In this document: in pieces, positions 9,461-18,187 of the stretch
How the letters are laid out: each line of letters begins with the position of its first letter
Position numbering within the stretch: position 1 is the stretch's first letter
NCBI RefSeq assembly: GCF_001997385.1
Contig: NZ_CP019633.1
Span: forward strand, 1,770,001 to 1,802,000
Length of the DNA: 32,000 bases
DNA from: Sedimentisphaera cyanobacteriorum
GTDB lineage: Bacteria; Planctomycetota; Phycisphaerae; Sedimentisphaerales; Sedimentisphaeraceae
Direction of reading: 5' to 3'
Translations under genes and position numbers: made by a program
The notes under the pieces: generated by a model
The model's database searches: none
Told to the model about the DNA's origin: nothing
What the model saw: only the letters and a program-made list of their open reading frames with translations

Positions 9461-11074
9461 ATGGATATTAAAATCAAGACAGCTCTGATTAGCGTATCAG
9501 ATAAGACAGGCGTTGCTGAGTTTGCAAAGGAGCTCAGCGAGATGGGCGTTAGAATCATCAGTACCGGCGGAACTGCAAAGAAGATTCAGCAGGCGGGGGT
9601 TGATGTAGTAAGCATTGACTCTGTTACCGGTTTCCCTGAGATGATGAACGGCAGAGTTAAGACCCTCCATCCGATTATTCACGGAGGACTTCTCGGCCTT
9701 CGAGACAACGATGAACATACCGCCGCTATGAGTGAGCACGGGATAGACCCTATTGACCTGGTATGCGTAAACCTGTATCCGTTTGAGAAGACTGTTGCAA
9801 AAGAAGACTGCACTCTTGAAGATGCTATTGAGAATATCGATATCGGCGGCCCGAGTATGGTTAGGTCTGCCTCTAAGAATTATAAATTCGTTACTGTTGT
9901 AACAAATCCTTCCGACTACGGCGAAATAATATCGCAGATGAAGAATAACAGCGGCAGCACAAACTTCCAGCTCCGTGAAAGGCTTGCAAGAGAGGCCTTC
10001 TCTCTCACTGCCGGCTACGATGCTGCGATAAGCAAATACCTCTCCGGCAGAGCTGAAGAAAGGTTTCCGAAGAAGGTATCAATTCCGGTTAAAAAGGTTA
10101 AAGACCTTCGATACGGTGAAAACCCACATCAGCAGGCAGCGTTCTACCGTGCAAGCGATTCCAAAGAGGTTTGCGTTGCAAATGCCGAGATGATTGAAGG
10201 CGGCGAGAAAGACATTAGCTTTAACAACCTGCTTGATGCGAATGCCGCATTTGAGCTGGTAAAAGAATTCGATGCCCCTGCTGCTGTTGTAGTAAAGCAT
10301 CTCAATCCCTGCGGCTGCTCATTTGACGATAATATCAAAGAGGCCTACAGAAGGGCCTATCTTGGAGATGTAGTGAGCGCGTTCGGCGGTATTATCGCCC
10401 TGAACAGGCCTGTTGATAAAGAGCTTGCAGAAGTGATTATGGAATCATACTCCCGTTTCGGGAAGGAAAACGGGGCGAGCGGCTTCTTTGCTGAGGTTAT
10501 CATAGCCCCCGATTACGACCAGAACGCCCTTGAAACAATACGAACCCTCAAAGGTTGGGGCAAAAGGGTAAGACTGCTCAAAACAGGCGAGGTTAGCAGG
10601 GATAACATTAACGAATCAGAATATGATGTTCGCTGCATTACCGGCGGACTGCTCCTTCAGCAGAGAGACCTTATCGGCTGGGAGCCCGAACTGATAACCT
10701 GCCCCACAAAGCTAAAGCCTACAGATGCCCAGATGGAAGACCTCAAGATGGCTTGGATATGCGCAAAGCATGTAAAGAGCAATACGATAACGCTGGTGAA
10801 CGGACGCAAGCTGGTAGGCTGCGGTGCAGGCCAGATGAACAGGGTGGAATCAGGGCTCATTGCATTCAAGAATGCCGGCAAGCAGGCTCAGGGCGCAGCT
10901 CTGGGCTCGGATGCATTCTTCCCGTTCCCCGATAATGTGGAAAATGCGGCTCAGGCGGGCGTTAAGTGTATTGTTCAGCCGGGCGGTTCGAAGAAAGATG
11001 ATGAGGTTATTGCAAAGGCCGATGAGCTCGGAATTGCTATGATTTTCACAGGTAAACGGCATTTCAGGCATTAA
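9461..11074 (+). CDS. purH: Bifunctional AICAR transformylase / IMP cyclohydrolase
   Basis: N-terminal MGS-like IMPCHase domain (ALISVSDKTG...STGGTAK, GRVKTLHP.IHGG.L) and C-terminal AICARFT domain (LRYGENPHQ.AA.Y, KH.NPCG). Start placed at ATG 9461, which gives the canonical N-terminus; the ORF track starts at TTG 9428. Confidence 0.95.
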   Translation: MDIKIKTALISVSDKTGVAEFAKELSEMGVRIISTGGTAKKIQQAGVDVVSIDSVTGFPEMMNGRVKTLHPIIHGGLLGLRDNDEHTAAMSEHGIDPIDLVCVNLYPFEKTVAKEDCTLEDAIENIDIGGPSMVRSASKNYKFVTVVTNPSDYGEIISQMKNNSGSTNFQLRERLAREAFSLTAGYDAAISKYLSGRAEERFPKKVSIPVKKVKDLRYGENPHQQAAFYRASDSKEVCVANAEMIEGGEKDISFNNLLDANAAFELVKEFDAPAAVVVKHLNPCGCSFDDNIKEAYRRAYLGDVVSAFGGIIALNRPVDKELAEVIMESYSRFGKENGASGFFAEVIIAPDYDQNALETIRTLKGWGKRVRLLKTGEVSRDNINESEYDVRCITGGLLLQQRDLIGWEPELITCPTKLKPTDAQMEDLKMAWICAKHVKSNTITLVNGRKLVGCGAGQMNRVESGLIAFKNAGKQAQGAALGSDAFFPFPDNVENAAQAGVKCIVQPGGSKKDDEVIAKADELGIAMIFTGKRHFRH

Positions 11075-11199
11075 ACCGGAATTGCTCAAAATCTTTGAAA
11101 TTCGCTTAACCAAAGTTTGAAGATATCCGCTTCGCTGTTACAATAGACTGCTGAAATCAAGGCCTCCAAAAATTTTATAGCTGTATCAGGGTTTGCGAT

Positions 11200-11595
11200 A
11201 TGTACAGGATATTTTGTTTTCTATCAGCAGTATTTCTCATTATGTTTATACTGGCAGGCTCTTCAGACAGGCTTCCCGCCAATGCGGTAAACGTTGACAC
11301 CTCCAAATCGCTGGACGAAGTTCGAGCCTTAGCCTCCAGGATGAGCGAAAAACAGCTTTCAAAGGCCATTTCAAACTATAAAAAAGCCCTCGACAAGGAA
11401 TCTGAAACGCTTCGCATTGCCACAGAACAGCTCAAGCAGCTTCCTGCTGACGAGAAATTGAGCGAAGATGCCCATAAACTTCACGATGAAATTTCACTCT
11501 CTGTAGAAAGGATCAGCAAAATCAGCGAGAGGATGCAGGTCTATATAGAAGAGCGTAAAAGCAGAAATAAACAAGAGGAAGCCAAAACTTTATGA
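11200..11595 (+). CDS. Hypothetical secreted/membrane-anchored coiled-coil protein
   Basis: 131 aa with a hydrophobic N-terminus, then charged helical sequence. Its stop overlaps the next gene start (ATGA, 11592-11595). No family recognised. Confidence 0.5.
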   Translation: MYRIFCFLSAVFLIMFILAGSSDRLPANAVNVDTSKSLDEVRALASRMSEKQLSKAISNYKKALDKESETLRIATEQLKQLPADEKLSEDAHKLHDEISLSVERISKISERMQVYIEERKSRNKQEEAKTL

Positions 11596-13115
11596 GCTAT
11601 CTTACAGTTCCTGTTTGCGAGAAAAAGAAGAAGGATTTTTCCAAGCGGATAGACAAACTTGCCTCCAGCGGAGCAGTAGCTCTTGAGCTTCGTTTTGATT
11701 GCCTTTCGAAATTCGACCATGATAACGTGAGAACTCTCACTCAGCAGGCCTCTAAAACAGGGCTCAAGGTGATATGCACGTGCCGAGACCCTCGGGAAGG
11801 CGGGGAAAACGACTTGAGCGAAGCTTTTCGTATGTCTGTCCTGAGGGAGGCCGCCCTGAGCGGTGCAGATTTCATTGACTGCGAGTTCGCAAATTTTGAA
11901 GCTAATTTCAAGGAGCTCTATGAAGCTCTCACGCCCGATACCGGCTGCCGGCTTATCCTCTCAGCCCACAATTTCGAAGGCAGGTTCGAGAACCTCCGGG
12001 GGCAGTACGATAAGATGCAGGAGGCAGCACCGGAGGCAGTTATAAAAATTGCTTATCAGGCGGATAATATAAATCAGTGTTTTGAGTGTTTTGACGTGCT
12101 CAAGGTGAGAAGGGGCGATGCTGTGATACTGGCTATGGGAGATGCCGGAAAGATTACAAGAATCCTCGCTCCCAAGATCGGCTCTTTTTTCTGCTATGCA
12201 AGCAAAGGCGGAAAATCAACAGCACCCGGGCAAATTCCGCTCAAACAGATGAAGAAATTTTACCGTTTCAAAGACATAAACGAGGATTCAAACCTTTACG
12301 GGATTATAGCCTCACCCGTGGAACATTCGATGAGCCCGCTGATATACAACAAGACATTTAAAAAAGAGGCCTCAAGCAGTGTCTTTCTCCCGCTTCTGCT
12401 CGAGGAAGGTGCTGAAAATTTCAATACATTTCTGGATAACGTGCTTTCAAGGCCGTGGCTGAGCTTCAAGGGCTTCTCTGTTACACTGCCTCATAAAACA
12501 AACGCCTTCCAATACGCCGCCCGAAAGGGCGAGCTTACAGAGAGGGCGAAGAAAATCGGGGCGGTAAACACGCTGAAAACAAGCTTCCTTATAGGCGAAA
12601 ACACCGACTGCAGCGGCGCTCAAAAACCGCTTGAAGAGGCCGCAGGCGATTTGAACGGGCTAAAAACAGCCGTTCTCGGAGCAGGCGGAGCTGCGAAGGC
12701 TGTGGTGGCGGCGCTTACAGACAAGGGAGCAGAAGTTACCATTTTCAACAGAACCCTAAGCAAGGCCGAATCGCTGGCAGAGCAGTTCGGATGCAAGGCA
12801 TGCCAGATTGGGTATTTCCCTATGGGCGAGGCGTTTGAGGCAGTCGTAAACTGCACGAGCCTCGGTATGAGCCCTAAGGTGGAGGCGTGCCCTATAGACA
12901 CAACCTTCCTTCAAAAGGGCTGCATCGTGTTTGATACAGTTTACAACCCCCCTGAAACGAGACTGCTCAAAGAGGCAAGGCATGTTGGTGCGAGGCCTCT
13001 TGGCGGGATTGAGATGTTTGTTCAGCAGGCGGTTGAACAGTACAATTTCCTCACCGGCAGAGAGATGGACAAGGCCTACATCCGCAAAAAGGTGCTAAAG
13101 AAGATTAAGCAGTGA
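11592..13115 (+). CDS. aroDE: Bifunctional 3-dehydroquinate dehydratase (type I) / shikimate 5-dehydrogenase
   Basis: N-terminal ~230 aa are type I DHQase-like (ELRFD, ILSAHNFEG, KIAYQA with catalytic-type Lys). The C-terminal part is AroE (YGIIASPVEHSMSP..YN, TLPHK, GAVNT, GENTD, VLGAGGAAKAV). Confidence 0.85.
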   Translation: MSYLTVPVCEKKKKDFSKRIDKLASSGAVALELRFDCLSKFDHDNVRTLTQQASKTGLKVICTCRDPREGGENDLSEAFRMSVLREAALSGADFIDCEFANFEANFKELYEALTPDTGCRLILSAHNFEGRFENLRGQYDKMQEAAPEAVIKIAYQADNINQCFECFDVLKVRRGDAVILAMGDAGKITRILAPKIGSFFCYASKGGKSTAPGQIPLKQMKKFYRFKDINEDSNLYGIIASPVEHSMSPLIYNKTFKKEASSSVFLPLLLEEGAENFNTFLDNVLSRPWLSFKGFSVTLPHKTNAFQYAARKGELTERAKKIGAVNTLKTSFLIGENTDCSGAQKPLEEAAGDLNGLKTAVLGAGGAAKAVVAALTDKGAEVTIFNRTLSKAESLAEQFGCKACQIGYFPMGEAFEAVVNCTSLGMSPKVEACPIDTTFLQKGCIVFDTVYNPPETRLLKEARHVGARPLGGIEMFVQQAVEQYNFLTGREMDKAYIRKKVLKKIKQ

Positions 13116-13121
13116 TCGCTC

Positions 13122-13502
13122 TCAGCCCAGAACAAAGCCCGCAAGCACCTTCTGCAGGTCGTATATATTCACCTTCCTGTTGAATTTCTTGTCTATCGTT
13201 GGGGTATCCTCGCCGGAGAGCCAAATCTTTAGCTCAGCATCAAGGTCGAAATGGCCTGCGGTTTCAATGCTGAATCTGGAAACTCTGTTGTAGCATATCG
13301 AAAGATACTGCGTCTTTTTGCCCGTAACGCCCTGCTTGTCGATTAGAATCATACGCTTGTTCGTGAAGATATAAGTATCCCGCACGAGCTTGAAGCCAAC
13401 CTCAATATTTTCGTTCTCAGTTAGGAGTTTGCCGTAGTCCTCTTCGAGCTTCTCCGGCGGGACAACTCCCGCATTTCCAATAATACCTGAAATAATACCC
13501 AT
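13122..13502 (-). CDS. Bacterial PH-domain protein (YokE/bPH_1-like)
   Basis: 126 aa. Pattern L...E.I...FK..RD...FTNKR.I..D.QG.TGKK.....I.Y..I..F..ET.G..DLD.EL recalled from the bPH_1 (DUF1696) family. Confidence 0.55.
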   Translation of the reverse strand: MGIISGIIGNAGVVPPEKLEEDYGKLLTENENIEVGFKLVRDTYIFTNKRMILIDKQGVTGKKTQYLSICYNRVSRFSIETAGHFDLDAELKIWLSGEDTPTIDKKFNRKVNIYDLQKVLAGFVLG

Positions 13503-13536
13503 TATTTCTCCTTAGCTATAAATTTGCTGGAAACTT

Positions 13537-14268
13537 CTACCACATCTGGTCTTCTCTGAAAGGGTGAATTGTCTTGGGCGTTTTTTTCTCTCGTGAGCTG
13601 ATAACAGCATTGGCAACAGCTATATCGGCCTTTTTTGTAACTTTTATGTTCGTATCGTCAGTTTCTACAATATGCACTTCTGCCCCGATATTTTCTGCCA
13701 TCATTGAATCGTCGCTGAATTCAGCGAGGTTTTCGCATTTGGCCAGAGCCTTTGCAAAAAGCTCTCTCGAGAACGCCTGAGGGGTCTGCGCGCTGTAAAG
13801 CGAGTTCCTGTTTACAGTTTCGCTGATTACGCCCTCCTCGGAAACCCTCTTGAGCGTAGCGGTAACAGGGGAAGCAGGTATTGCTGCTCCGGTTTGGTAT
13901 GCCTTCTGAAGAACCTTCCTCGCCCACTGCTCTGTGAGGCAGCACCTTGCTGCATCGTGAACAGCAACTATATCAGCAGCCTCACTTACCATCTCAAATG
14001 CCTTTGCCACTGTTTCGCCTCTTGTCTGCCCCCCTGCGGAGAGCTGCACGCCTGCAAATGCGAGATTTGCCTCCCAATTAAGCTTTATCTTTTCGTGGTC
14101 TTCCTCTGCGGCGGCAAGGATAATCTGAACCACCTCATCCATCTCAGAAAATAAATTTACAGAATGCAGAAACAAAGGCTTGCCCGCTGCTTTCTCAAAT
14201 ACTTTCTTCGTTTTCCCTTCAAAGCGGGTGCTTCCGCCTGCTGCGCATATTATTACTGCTGCTTTCAT
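13537..14268 (-). CDS. ispD: 2-C-methyl-D-erythritol 4-phosphate cytidylyltransferase
   Basis: 243 aa. AVIICAAGGSTRF (nucleotide-binding loop), VAVHDAARC, AQTPQAF and TDD...K.T motifs typical of IspD. Confidence 0.9.
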   Translation of the reverse strand: MKAAVIICAAGGSTRFEGKTKKVFEKAAGKPLFLHSVNLFSEMDEVVQIILAAAEEDHEKIKLNWEANLAFAGVQLSAGGQTRGETVAKAFEMVSEAADIVAVHDAARCCLTEQWARKVLQKAYQTGAAIPASPVTATLKRVSEEGVISETVNRNSLYSAQTPQAFSRELFAKALAKCENLAEFSDDSMMAENIGAEVHIVETDDTNIKVTKKADIAVANAVISSREKKTPKTIHPFREDQMW

Positions 14269-14592
14269 AATCGCTCCTTTGAGCAGATAAATATAAAAAA
14301 TACACGGGGAGATTCGCGACTGCCAGGATTATAAGAATTTTTTCACTGAACACCAAACCCAGCAAACCGGCTGAGAAACAAAAACTTATAAAAAAATCAC
14401 CAAACATAGGCATACCATAAAAACAATATTCATTGGTTATGATAGGTTTATAAAATAGAGATTCAATTAAATTTTGAAAAAAAAAGACTTATCCATATAA
14501 TCACTCGCTGTGAAGGTCTTCCCGCTTTTAGCCGGGCAGACCCAGAATGGACTACTTCTTGGGAACTTAACTGCCCGGGGCTGTTAAAAATA

Positions 14593-15201
14593 ATGACCAA
14601 ATCCACAAAAAAACGGGAAGAGAAAGAACTGCTCAGGCGATTCTGCTCAGGCGATGAAGCAGCGTTCAGGGATATTGTGCAGGAATACAAAGACCCTCTG
14701 TTTAATTTTCTGAGGCGTTTTGTGGGCAATCAGGACCTCATTGAAGACGTTTTTCAGGACACGTTTATGCAGCTTTATCAGTCCAGGGAATCTTTCGACC
14801 TCGACCGCCCGCTAAAACCATGGCTTTTTACAATTGCAGCGAACAAAGCCAAGGACCTGCTACGTAAGAGAAAACGCAACAGCTCGATTTCAGTGGGTTC
14901 GATAGCAGATGAGTCTGAATCGTCGATAGAAGACGTTTTTAGCTCTGTTTCTTCTGAAGACACTACTCCGCTTGACAGCTACATCACTGAAGAAACCGAA
15001 CATAGAGTAAGAGAAGTTGTTGAGAATATGCCAGAAAAACTACGAGAAATTTTGCTGCTGGCGTATTTTGAACAATTTTCATACAAACAAATGGCCGAAA
15101 TGCTGAGTATACCTATAGGAACAGTTAAAAGCAGGTTGCATTCAGCGGTGGCGCGTTTTGCCAAAGACTTGAAAAATGCTGAGCCTGATTTTGAAAGGTA
15201 A
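14593..15201 (+). CDS. ECF-type RNA polymerase sigma-70 family factor
   Basis: Region 2 (F..IV..Y.DPLFNFL.RFVGN.DL.EDVFQDTF...Y......F...R.LKPWLFTIA.N.A.D) and region 4 HTH (LP.KLREILLLAYFEQFSYKQMAEML.IP.GTVKSRLH.A). A long acidic/Ser-rich linker joins them. Confidence 0.9.
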   Translation: MTKSTKKREEKELLRRFCSGDEAAFRDIVQEYKDPLFNFLRRFVGNQDLIEDVFQDTFMQLYQSRESFDLDRPLKPWLFTIAANKAKDLLRKRKRNSSISVGSIADESESSIEDVFSSVSSEDTTPLDSYITEETEHRVREVVENMPEKLREILLLAYFEQFSYKQMAEMLSIPIGTVKSRLHSAVARFAKDLKNAEPDFER

Positions 15202-15206
15202 AAGAT

Positions 15207-16208
15207 TTGAATCGTAATACTGCAATTTTCGATTATTTTTTTGATTCCTGTCCCGACCAGGACAAAGAAAACATAAGAAAAAGCATAGAAGAGAGCAGCG
15301 ACTGCTCAAGATTTTACAGAGACTTAAAACAAGCACTCGAGCCTCTGGACTCACTCAAAGAAGAGCCATGCCCCGATTATCTTATTGATAATCTTTTCGC
15401 ACGTACTGAGAAAAGCGGAAGTCAAAACGATCTTGAGCTGCTCCTTGAGAAGGAATCTGCTGCCGGAAGCGATAACCTGTACTTCTGGAACAAGGTTGGC
15501 AGGATAGCAGCAGCGGCAGCAATGATAGCGATTATCGCAGCGACCTATTTCCCCGCTACAAATAAAATGAGAGCTGTTGCAGATTCCATCGCCTGCAAAC
15601 ACAATATGGCAAGAATCGGAACCGGCCTGCATAATTATGCCTTCGACAACGCAGGTATGATGCCTGTTGCCAGTTCGAGCAGTGATTCGTGGTGGAAAGT
15701 GGGCTCGCAGAGAGAAGATGACTACTCAAACACCCGAAATGCCTGGCTGCTTGTGAAGAACGGATACTGCCAGATGGAAGATTTCGAATGCCCGGCAAGA
15801 CCTATAAAAGCCGAAATCAAACTGGAAAGAGTCGATGTTTGCGATTATGAGCACGACTTCCCCCACAAAGAATTCATAAACTACAGCTTCCCTGTAATCA
15901 GCGGAAACGTAAAGCTCGAAAAACACAACAAAAGAGCAATAGCGGCAGACTCAAACCCCCTTTTCGAGGGCAACTGCCTTGATCAGCAGACCTTCTTCAA
16001 GACTGTTAGGCTTGATGAGAAAATGAAAAATTTCCGCAGCGTAAATCATAACGGCGCCGGACAGAATATACTGCTTCTGGATAACAGCGTAAAATTCAAT
16101 AAAACCAGCTTCTATAACGGCGACAATTTCTACACTGTAGAGGGCTTAAAAAGCTATTCAGGCAACGAAAGACCCAGCGAGAAAAACGACACTTTCCTTG
16201 CTCCTTAA
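15207..16208 (+). CDS. Putative anti-sigma factor: cytoplasmic N-domain, one TM helix, DUF1559/H-X9-DG-like extracytoplasmic domain
   Basis: Starts (TTG) 5 nt after the sigma gene stop. A short Cys-containing N-domain is followed by a single TM (IAAAAAMIAIIAATYF). After that, C.HNMARIGTGLHNYAFDNAGMMP and the C-terminal HNGAGQNILLLDNSVKF resemble the DUF1559 core and H-X9-DG motif of planctomycete prepilin-like proteins. Confidence 0.6.
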   Translation: MNRNTAIFDYFFDSCPDQDKENIRKSIEESSDCSRFYRDLKQALEPLDSLKEEPCPDYLIDNLFARTEKSGSQNDLELLLEKESAAGSDNLYFWNKVGRIAAAAAMIAIIAATYFPATNKMRAVADSIACKHNMARIGTGLHNYAFDNAGMMPVASSSSDSWWKVGSQREDDYSNTRNAWLLVKNGYCQMEDFECPARPIKAEIKLERVDVCDYEHDFPHKEFINYSFPVISGNVKLEKHNKRAIAADSNPLFEGNCLDQQTFFKTVRLDEKMKNFRSVNHNGAGQNILLLDNSVKFNKTSFYNGDNFYTVEGLKSYSGNERPSEKNDTFLAP

Positions 16209-16236
16209 CCAGAAATGACTAAATAAGCATATCTAC

Positions 16237-16271
16237 AGCCCCCTGCCTTATTCGGCAAGGGGCTTTTTTTT
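16237..16271 (+). terminator. Rho-independent terminator of the sigma/anti-sigma operon
   Basis: Stem AGCCCCCTGCC / GGCAAGGGGCT (one mismatch), 6-nt loop, T8 run 16264-16271. Confidence 0.8.
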
Positions 16272-16406
16272 GGCACGGGAACCCATAATTCTGAAAATTT
16301 AGTTTGAAAATGAATTTGATTGAATTATAATGCGCTAAGTAAATTAGTCGCCCCTGAAAAAGTTTAAAATTTTCCTTAAATTCTTTCCTGATAATGGTTT
16401 ATATGA

Positions 16407-16434
16407 TTGAAAAGCTTTCGAGATATGGTATAAT
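16407..16434 (+). promoter_or_regulatory. Candidate sigma-70-type promoter of the IS5 transposase
   Basis: TTGAAA (16407-16412), 16-nt spacer, TATAAT (16429-16434), about 55 nt upstream of the transposase ATG. Sequence match only. Confidence 0.4.
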
Positions 16435-16488
16435 ATTGCAAGTGTTTATCTTACATCTATCAAAACATTGCAATATTGGGACAAAATA

Positions 16489-17832
16489 ATGAAGGCAAAA
16501 AACAATAAAGCAGGCTTACTCTTTCAGCAGCCATTAAAACCTCTTGTAAATCCTGATCACTCTTTAGTCCAACTCTCAGAGGTTGTCAACTGGTCTCGCT
16601 TTGAAGAAAAGTTTGGCAGTTTATACAGTCCTGATTCAGGCAGGCCGGCCAAGCCGATTCGCCTGATGGTCGGCCTTCAGTATCTCAAGTACACTTTCAA
16701 TCTCAGCGATGAAGCAATCGTTGCCGGCTGGGTTGAGAATCCTTACTGGCAGTATTTCTGCGGCGAAAGATACTTCCAGCACGAGCCTCCTATTGATCCA
16801 ACCAGTATGACTAAGTGGCGTAATAAGGTAAAATCTGATGGTCTTGAAGAGCTGCTCGAAGAAACTATCAAAGCCGGCTTGAAGCTTAAGGTTATCAAAA
16901 AGAACGATTTCAACAAGCTCGTTGCAGATACAACCGTTCAGCAGAAGAACATCACTTATCCGACCGACGCAAAACTCTGCCACAAACTGCGCATTAAGCT
17001 TGTAGATCTTGCAAAAGCATCAAAACTCCAACTTCGCCAAAGCTACGAAAGGGTTGGAAAAAGGGCGTATGTAATGCAGGGCAGGTATCGACGTGCAAGA
17101 CAGTTCAAAAGAGCTAAAAAAGAAGTGAAGAAATTAAGGAACTACCTGCGGCGAATTACGAAAGAGGTCGAGCGGAATATAGCAGGCAATGAGCAGTTAA
17201 GAATAATTTTTGATACATTGCTTCAAGCCGCTAAGAAGCTTTTAGCCCAGACAAAGAAAAGCAAAAATAAGCTCTACAGTATTCACGAACCTCACGTCTG
17301 CTGCATTGGGAAAGGCAAAAGCCACAAGAAATATGAGTTTGGAAATAAGGTTGGAATTGTAACTACTGCCAAGAATAATTTTATCGTAGGAGCGTTGGGC
17401 TTTGAAGGAAACCCTTATGATGGCCATACTCTTCGGGCTAATCTGAAGCAGACAATGAATTTAATCGGGAGAGAAAAGCTTGGAGATGTTTATGTTGATG
17501 GAGGATACAAGAAACATGGCTGCGAAGATATTGGAAATGTTGAAATTGTAGAAAAGGGCTGGCGAAAAAAGAAACGAAGTATCAAGAGGTGGATTAAGAG
17601 AAGATCGAGCATAGAACCAACGATAGGCCACCTCAAAGAAGACAACAGGTTGGGAAGAAACTTCTTGAAAGGTGTAGAAGGGGACAAAATGAACGCCCTC
17701 GGCAGCGCTTTTGGGTACAATATGCGTAAACTTCTAAAGAAGTTTACTTTTGCCTATATTTTTATGCTTAAAATTATTGAATTTTACAGAAATTTGGCAA
17801 TGAAAAGCAAATTAAAGACTCGATTAGCCTGA
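16489..17832 (+). CDS. IS5-family DDE transposase
   Basis: InsH/DUF772-type N-domain (GRPAKPIRLMVGLQYLKYTFNLSDE), DDE_Tnp_1 core, and the C-terminal IEPTIGHLKEDNRLGRNFLKG motif typical of IS5-family enzymes. The first ATG is 16489; the ORF track starts at TTG 16468. Confidence 0.85.
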   Translation: MKAKNNKAGLLFQQPLKPLVNPDHSLVQLSEVVNWSRFEEKFGSLYSPDSGRPAKPIRLMVGLQYLKYTFNLSDEAIVAGWVENPYWQYFCGERYFQHEPPIDPTSMTKWRNKVKSDGLEELLEETIKAGLKLKVIKKNDFNKLVADTTVQQKNITYPTDAKLCHKLRIKLVDLAKASKLQLRQSYERVGKRAYVMQGRYRRARQFKRAKKEVKKLRNYLRRITKEVERNIAGNEQLRIIFDTLLQAAKKLLAQTKKSKNKLYSIHEPHVCCIGKGKSHKKYEFGNKVGIVTTAKNNFIVGALGFEGNPYDGHTLRANLKQTMNLIGREKLGDVYVDGGYKKHGCEDIGNVEIVEKGWRKKKRSIKRWIKRRSSIEPTIGHLKEDNRLGRNFLKGVEGDKMNALGSAFGYNMRKLLKKFTFAYIFMLKIIEFYRNLAMKSKLKTRLA

Positions 17833-17927
17833 TATATTTTTTTAGTTTCCCCAAAATCATTGATTTTTCAGGAACGACTAAATTAGGAAAGACTAACTTT
17901 TTTTCAAAAGCAATTAGGGAAAGATTT

Positions 17928-18164
17928 ATGAAGCTTACTGAAGTGCCCAAAGGTAAATTTTGCAAGATAAAAAGCATATCCGCGCAAGACAGATATCTGA
18001 AGCGATTTGCAGAGATGGGGCTGAGAACCGGGGCCTGCGTTAAGGTTCTTCGTTTTGCACCTCTCGGGGATCCAATAGAGGTTAAGATAGGCAATGCCTT
18101 CCTCTCAATTAGGTGTGAGAACGCAGGTCGCATTGAAGTGGATCTTGCAGACAAATCAAACTAA
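17928..18164 (+). CDS. feoA: Ferrous iron transport protein A
   Basis: 78 aa with the FeoA SH3-like pattern (L.E...G....I......D..L.RF.EMGL..G..V.V.R.AP.GDPIEV). Located immediately upstream of feoB. Confidence 0.9.
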   Translation: MKLTEVPKGKFCKIKSISAQDRYLKRFAEMGLRTGACVKVLRFAPLGDPIEVKIGNAFLSIRCENAGRIEVDLADKSN

Positions 18165-18187
18165 AAACCAATCATCGGAATAATAAA

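Larger units (their letters stand above)
16340..17885 (+). mobile_element. IS5-family insertion sequence
   Basis: About 1546 bp. Imperfect terminal inverted repeats: TAAATTAGTCGCCCCTGAAAAAG (16340-) vs the reverse complement of 17862-17885 (TAATTTAGTCGTTCCTGAAAAAT). Single transposase ORF. The exact ends are +/- a few nt and no clear target duplication was seen. Confidence 0.75.

Noticed and set aside
14463-14729. 88-aa minus-strand ORF across the ispD/sigma intergenic region
   Set aside because: It overlaps the start of the well-supported ECF sigma gene on the opposite strand, is low-complexity Ser-rich, and has no RBS.
17854-17868. 7-1-7 palindrome AAAATCA-T-TGATTTT as a possible Fur box for feoAB
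   Set aside because: It lies inside the IS5 terminal repeat region, and a related sequence is present at the other IS end. It matches the Fur consensus only partially.
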